In this document: piece by piece, positions 60,661 to 64,000 of the stretch
Numbering within the stretch: the stretch's first letter is position 1
How the letters are laid out: the number at the start of each line of letters is the position of its first letter
Assembly (NCBI RefSeq): GCF_018350175.1
Contig: NC_058372.1
Coordinates: forward strand, 140,306,001-140,370,000
Origin: Felis catus
Taxonomy: Eukaryota
Length of the DNA stretch: 64,000 bases
Reading direction: 5' to 3'
The notes under the pieces: generated by a model
Databases searched by the model: none
What the model saw: the letters and a program-made list of their open reading frames with translations, nothing else
What the model was told of the DNA's origin: nothing
Translations under genes and position numbers: made by a program

Positions 60661-62149
60661 ACTAGCCACATAAATATCCAAAATCCTTTATTGTGTCTCT
60701 TTCTAGGACCAAAATATGCAAATTTTCATCTATCTGAAGCTAAGGCTGCCCCCCTAAATGAGGCCAAAATGTGTTCAGCTCAAGTAAAATAACCAAATTG
60801 AATCTCAAGTAACAAATAAATGACAACAAAAGTGGGGCTTGGGGAAAAGAGCTACTTAGAAATGTATATCATCTCTCTACTAGCTGTGAACTAAGGCCAG
60901 TCCTAACAGCATCCTCCACAGACAAAACCACGTCATTATTTATGATCTTTTTCAACATTTTATGAATAAGTGGAAAAGCAGGTGTAGAAAGTTTATATTA
61001 AATCAATTAAAATATAGTTAACCAGAGTCAGATACTCCCTAGTTAAAAGTAGACCTCACCTATGTTGTGATAAAAGATCAAGAATTTATCTTTACATCAA
61101 GAAAATATAGGAGTTTTACAGAATTATAAAGCATTGCTTAATTGTTCCACGAGCATAATAGCAACATTTGTAAAATTATATGATAAAAGATTATTTCTCC
61201 ATCTTTCCATTCATACAGATCCCTCCATTCATACTAAGACACACAACTTTATACACAGTTGCCTTTACTTTCTCTGTAAGTCAAGAGCATATTAAAATTA
61301 ATATTTGCTTTATTGTTGGGTATGAAAATGGCCCAGATGTAATAAAAAGAGTTGGTCAGATGCCACACAAAAAGCAGCCAGATCTTAAGATAAAGGAGCC
61401 CAGGGACACAGAAGGATCTAGGCTCAGCAGACTAGAAGGCTCCACAATCTGAGTCCCTCTTTAAGAAAAAAGAATACAAAATTAAAATTTCCTATGTAAG
61501 CATATTTAATATGTAAGTGAGAAAAGAAATCTCAACAAATTATGTAATTTAATCTGACAAATACCAAGGATGAAAATCCAACAAAACCGTATTTTTTTAC
61601 GCCAAATAACTAACATAACTCTATAATACTTTCTTTTTCCTTCACTTTTTTTTTTTGGGGGGGGGGACTGGATGTTCTTTGAGCACCTCTTCACAAGACA
61701 AAAAGGTTATACGTATTCTACATAGAGAATGATAGTTCGATCTTTCCTCTAGCAGAGTTGATAGGAAGGTGCTGCCTTAACAGATATATTCCTGACAGAG
61801 AGAACTTCCATTTGACGAGGTGTTAATAAGGACCAACTCTTCCACTTACAAGGTCATACATCTGATGAAATTTTCACTAACTAGCCTCTGACTCCATACA
61901 TTTCAAATCTGGTTTCTCCCCCCCCCCCCCACCCGAGCCACACACTTCGGGAAGCAGGGAAGGAGAACACAGTCATATAGCTGGGTGATGTCCACCCCAG
62001 CACATCCGGGCCACAACCCGGCACATTCCTACACCAGGATAGCTAAGAGTGCTTGGTGACACGTGGAGCGACCGCAACTCACAGACGTGAATCCCACGAA
62101 TCCCACTGTAAATGTGCTCCCGTCTCCTTTCCTTCAAGTTATCTCAACA

Positions 62150-63183
62150 CTGCCCAGGGCTTTATAGCAGTTTTGTTCATAGTTGTCAGAACGTGGGAGC
62201 AATCATGATGCCCCCCGTAGGTGACTAGAGAAAGAAGCTACGGTACCTCCAGACGTTGGAATGTACTCGGTTTGAAAAAGAAGCAAACTCGCGGCCCGTG
62301 AGTTCGAGCCCCGCGTCGGGCTCTGGGCTGATGGCTCGGAGCCTGGAGCCTGTTTCCGATTCTGTGTCTCCCTCTTTCTCTGCCCCTCTCCCGTTCATGC
62401 TCTGTCTCTCTCTGTCCCCAAAATAAATAAATGTTGAAAAAAAATTAAAAAAAAAAAAAGAAAAAAAATGGGGCGCCTGGGTGGCGCAGTCGGTTGAGCG
62501 TCCGAGTTCAGCCAGGTCACGATCTCGTGGCCCGTGAGTTCGAGCCCCGCGTCGGGCTCTGGGCTGATGGCTCGGAGCCTGGAGCCTGTTTCCGATTCTG
62601 TGTCTCCCTCTTTCTCTGCCCCTCTCCTGTTCATGCTCTGTCTCTCTCTGTCCCAAAAATAAATAAATGTTGAAAAAAAAATTAAAAAAAAAAAAGAAAG
62701 AAAAAGAAGCAAACTATCACGCCATGAAGGCCATGGAGGAGCCCTAAATGCGTATTACTAAGAGAATGACTCCAACCATATGACTCCAACCATATGACGT
62801 TCTGCGAAAGGTAAAACTGTGCCAAAGGGAAAAAGGTCGGTGGTCGGCAGGTGTCGGGAGAAGGGAGGGCAGAATAGGTGGCACACAGAGTATTATTAAG
62901 GCGCAGTCATTCTGTGTGATACTATAATGGTGGATCCATGTCATTATCCATTTGTCCAAACCCAGAGAAGGTACAACGCCAAGAGTAAACCCTAATGTAA
63001 ACTATGGGTTTGGATATGTTGACATAGTCACTGGTTGTAACAAGCGTCCCACTCGTGAGGGACAGTGGGGGAGGCTGTGCATGGGCGGCAGCAGAGGGTA
63101 TATGGGGAATCCCTGCACTTGGGGCTCAATTTTATTGTGAACCCAAAAGAGCTCTAAAAAAATTAAGTTTTCTTTTTAAAAAT
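62150..63183 (+). mobile_element. L1MC1-like 3' end, interrupted by the SINE dimer
   Basis: GATACTATAATGGTGGATCCATGTCATTATCCATTTGTCCAAACCC...AACCCTAATGTAAACTATGG. Confidence 0.88.
62290..62699 (+). mobile_element. Head-to-tail SINEC_Fc dimer: 5'-truncated copy 62290-62468 plus full copy 62470-62699
   Basis: A single TSD, GAAAAAGAAGCAAACT, at 62274-62289 and 62700-62715. Confidence 0.96.
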
Positions 63184-63749
63184 TTGTTCAGGGCCACCCC
63201 AGTGCTACCCAAGATGAGGGAAAGCGTGGCAGAAGTTGGAGAGCAAAGAGATGGTGATCTTAATCTGGCCGGGATGAAATATGTTATTTCTGCAAATGTT
63301 ACAAAAACACATACATGTTGGGGAGCCTCTCCCAGGGCCTTGGAAAGATCCCTTACAAGTGGGGGGGCCTGACAGGTAAGCTTCATGGTACATCTATTAC
63401 ATTCAGGAGGTAAAGATTTGGAAAGAACTTCCAGCGCTGAGACAGATGAATGCCTCTGAATGCAAGTGGCAAAAGGAGTCAGTCCAGCACTCTCTCCTTC
63501 TGCGGTTAAGCAGAGCCTGCCTCTTGCCGGTTGCCCAAAGCAGGGATCTGTGTCAGGGACAAAGAGCACCTAGCCGGAGACCACGGGAAGTAAAGGAAAG
63601 CAAAAAAAGGTTAATTATATTATATCTGCATTTTTTATAGGGCAAAATGGTCAATATCAGCAATTTCATGTGGATGAACCCAAGAATAATTATTCAAATT
63701 TGATGAAGGCTTACCACGTGTTGTGTTATTAACACCTCCTCCTAAACAT

Positions 63750-64000
63750 TATTACAGTTTGACCTGTATCCTCCAAAAAAGATACATTGGTCTCTGAACC
63801 CTCTGCATCTCAGAATGTGACCTTATTTGGAGTTTTCACAGGGGTAATCAAGCTAAGATGAGGTCATTGGTGTGAGTCCTAATCCAATATGAATGGTGCC
63901 CTTATATAAGGGGAAATTGGGGCACAGAGATTCAAGTGCACAGGAAGAAGATGGTCTGAAGAGACCGGGAACACCATCTACTAGCCAACGCTATCGGAAG
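63750..64000 (+). mobile_element. MaLR LTR, MLT1B-like, runs off the window
   Basis: CTCAGAATGTGACCTTATTTGGA, AAGATGAGGTCATT, CCTAATCCAATATGA. Confidence 0.88.

Noticed and set aside
918-62699. tRNA genes suggested by A/B boxes
   Set aside because: All are tRNA-derived Can-SINE heads, followed by (CT)n and A tails except the 8365 fragment; none forms a complete cloverleaf.
62767-62799. Short tandem duplications (ATGACTCCAACCAT x2; similar ones near 4388, 21930 and 46531)
   Set aside because: Ordinary slippage duplications with two units and no spacers; not CRISPR-like or array-like.
1-64000. ORFs in the supplied track as genes
   Set aside because: All are 155 aa or shorter, many overlap SINEs, LTRs, microsatellites or N-runs, and none shows a recognisable cellular protein domain or a consistent exon chain.

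Overview
Non-coding mammalian DNA, almost certainly felid: it carries near-pristine copies of the cat-type Can-SINE (SINEC_Fc). I find no supportable protein-coding exon, RNA gene, CRISPR array or prokaryotic system, and the ORF track is explained by chance, SINE sequence, dead L1 ORF2 remnants and N-runs. The window is intergenic or deep intronic. It holds 20 Can-SINEs plus one head fragment, MaLR/ERVL solo LTRs (MLT1, MLT2), L1MC/L1M fragments, L2/MIR/CR1 relics, hAT-Charlie and Tigger DNA-transposon fossils, microsatellites and eight N-blocks. Repeat subfamily names are recalled from consensus sequences, not from a search, and boundaries of old repeats are approximate. The most unusual structures read directly from the sequence are a head-to-tail SINE dimer inside one 16-bp target-site duplication (TSD), a 65-bp locally templated inverted insertion into an MLT1 LTR, a 29-bp TSD, and perfect 14-bp-arm hairpins. 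A 27-kb zone nearly free of Can-SINEs contains homeodomain-motif-rich unique blocks that are candidate enhancers. I did not find a new biological system and do not claim one.
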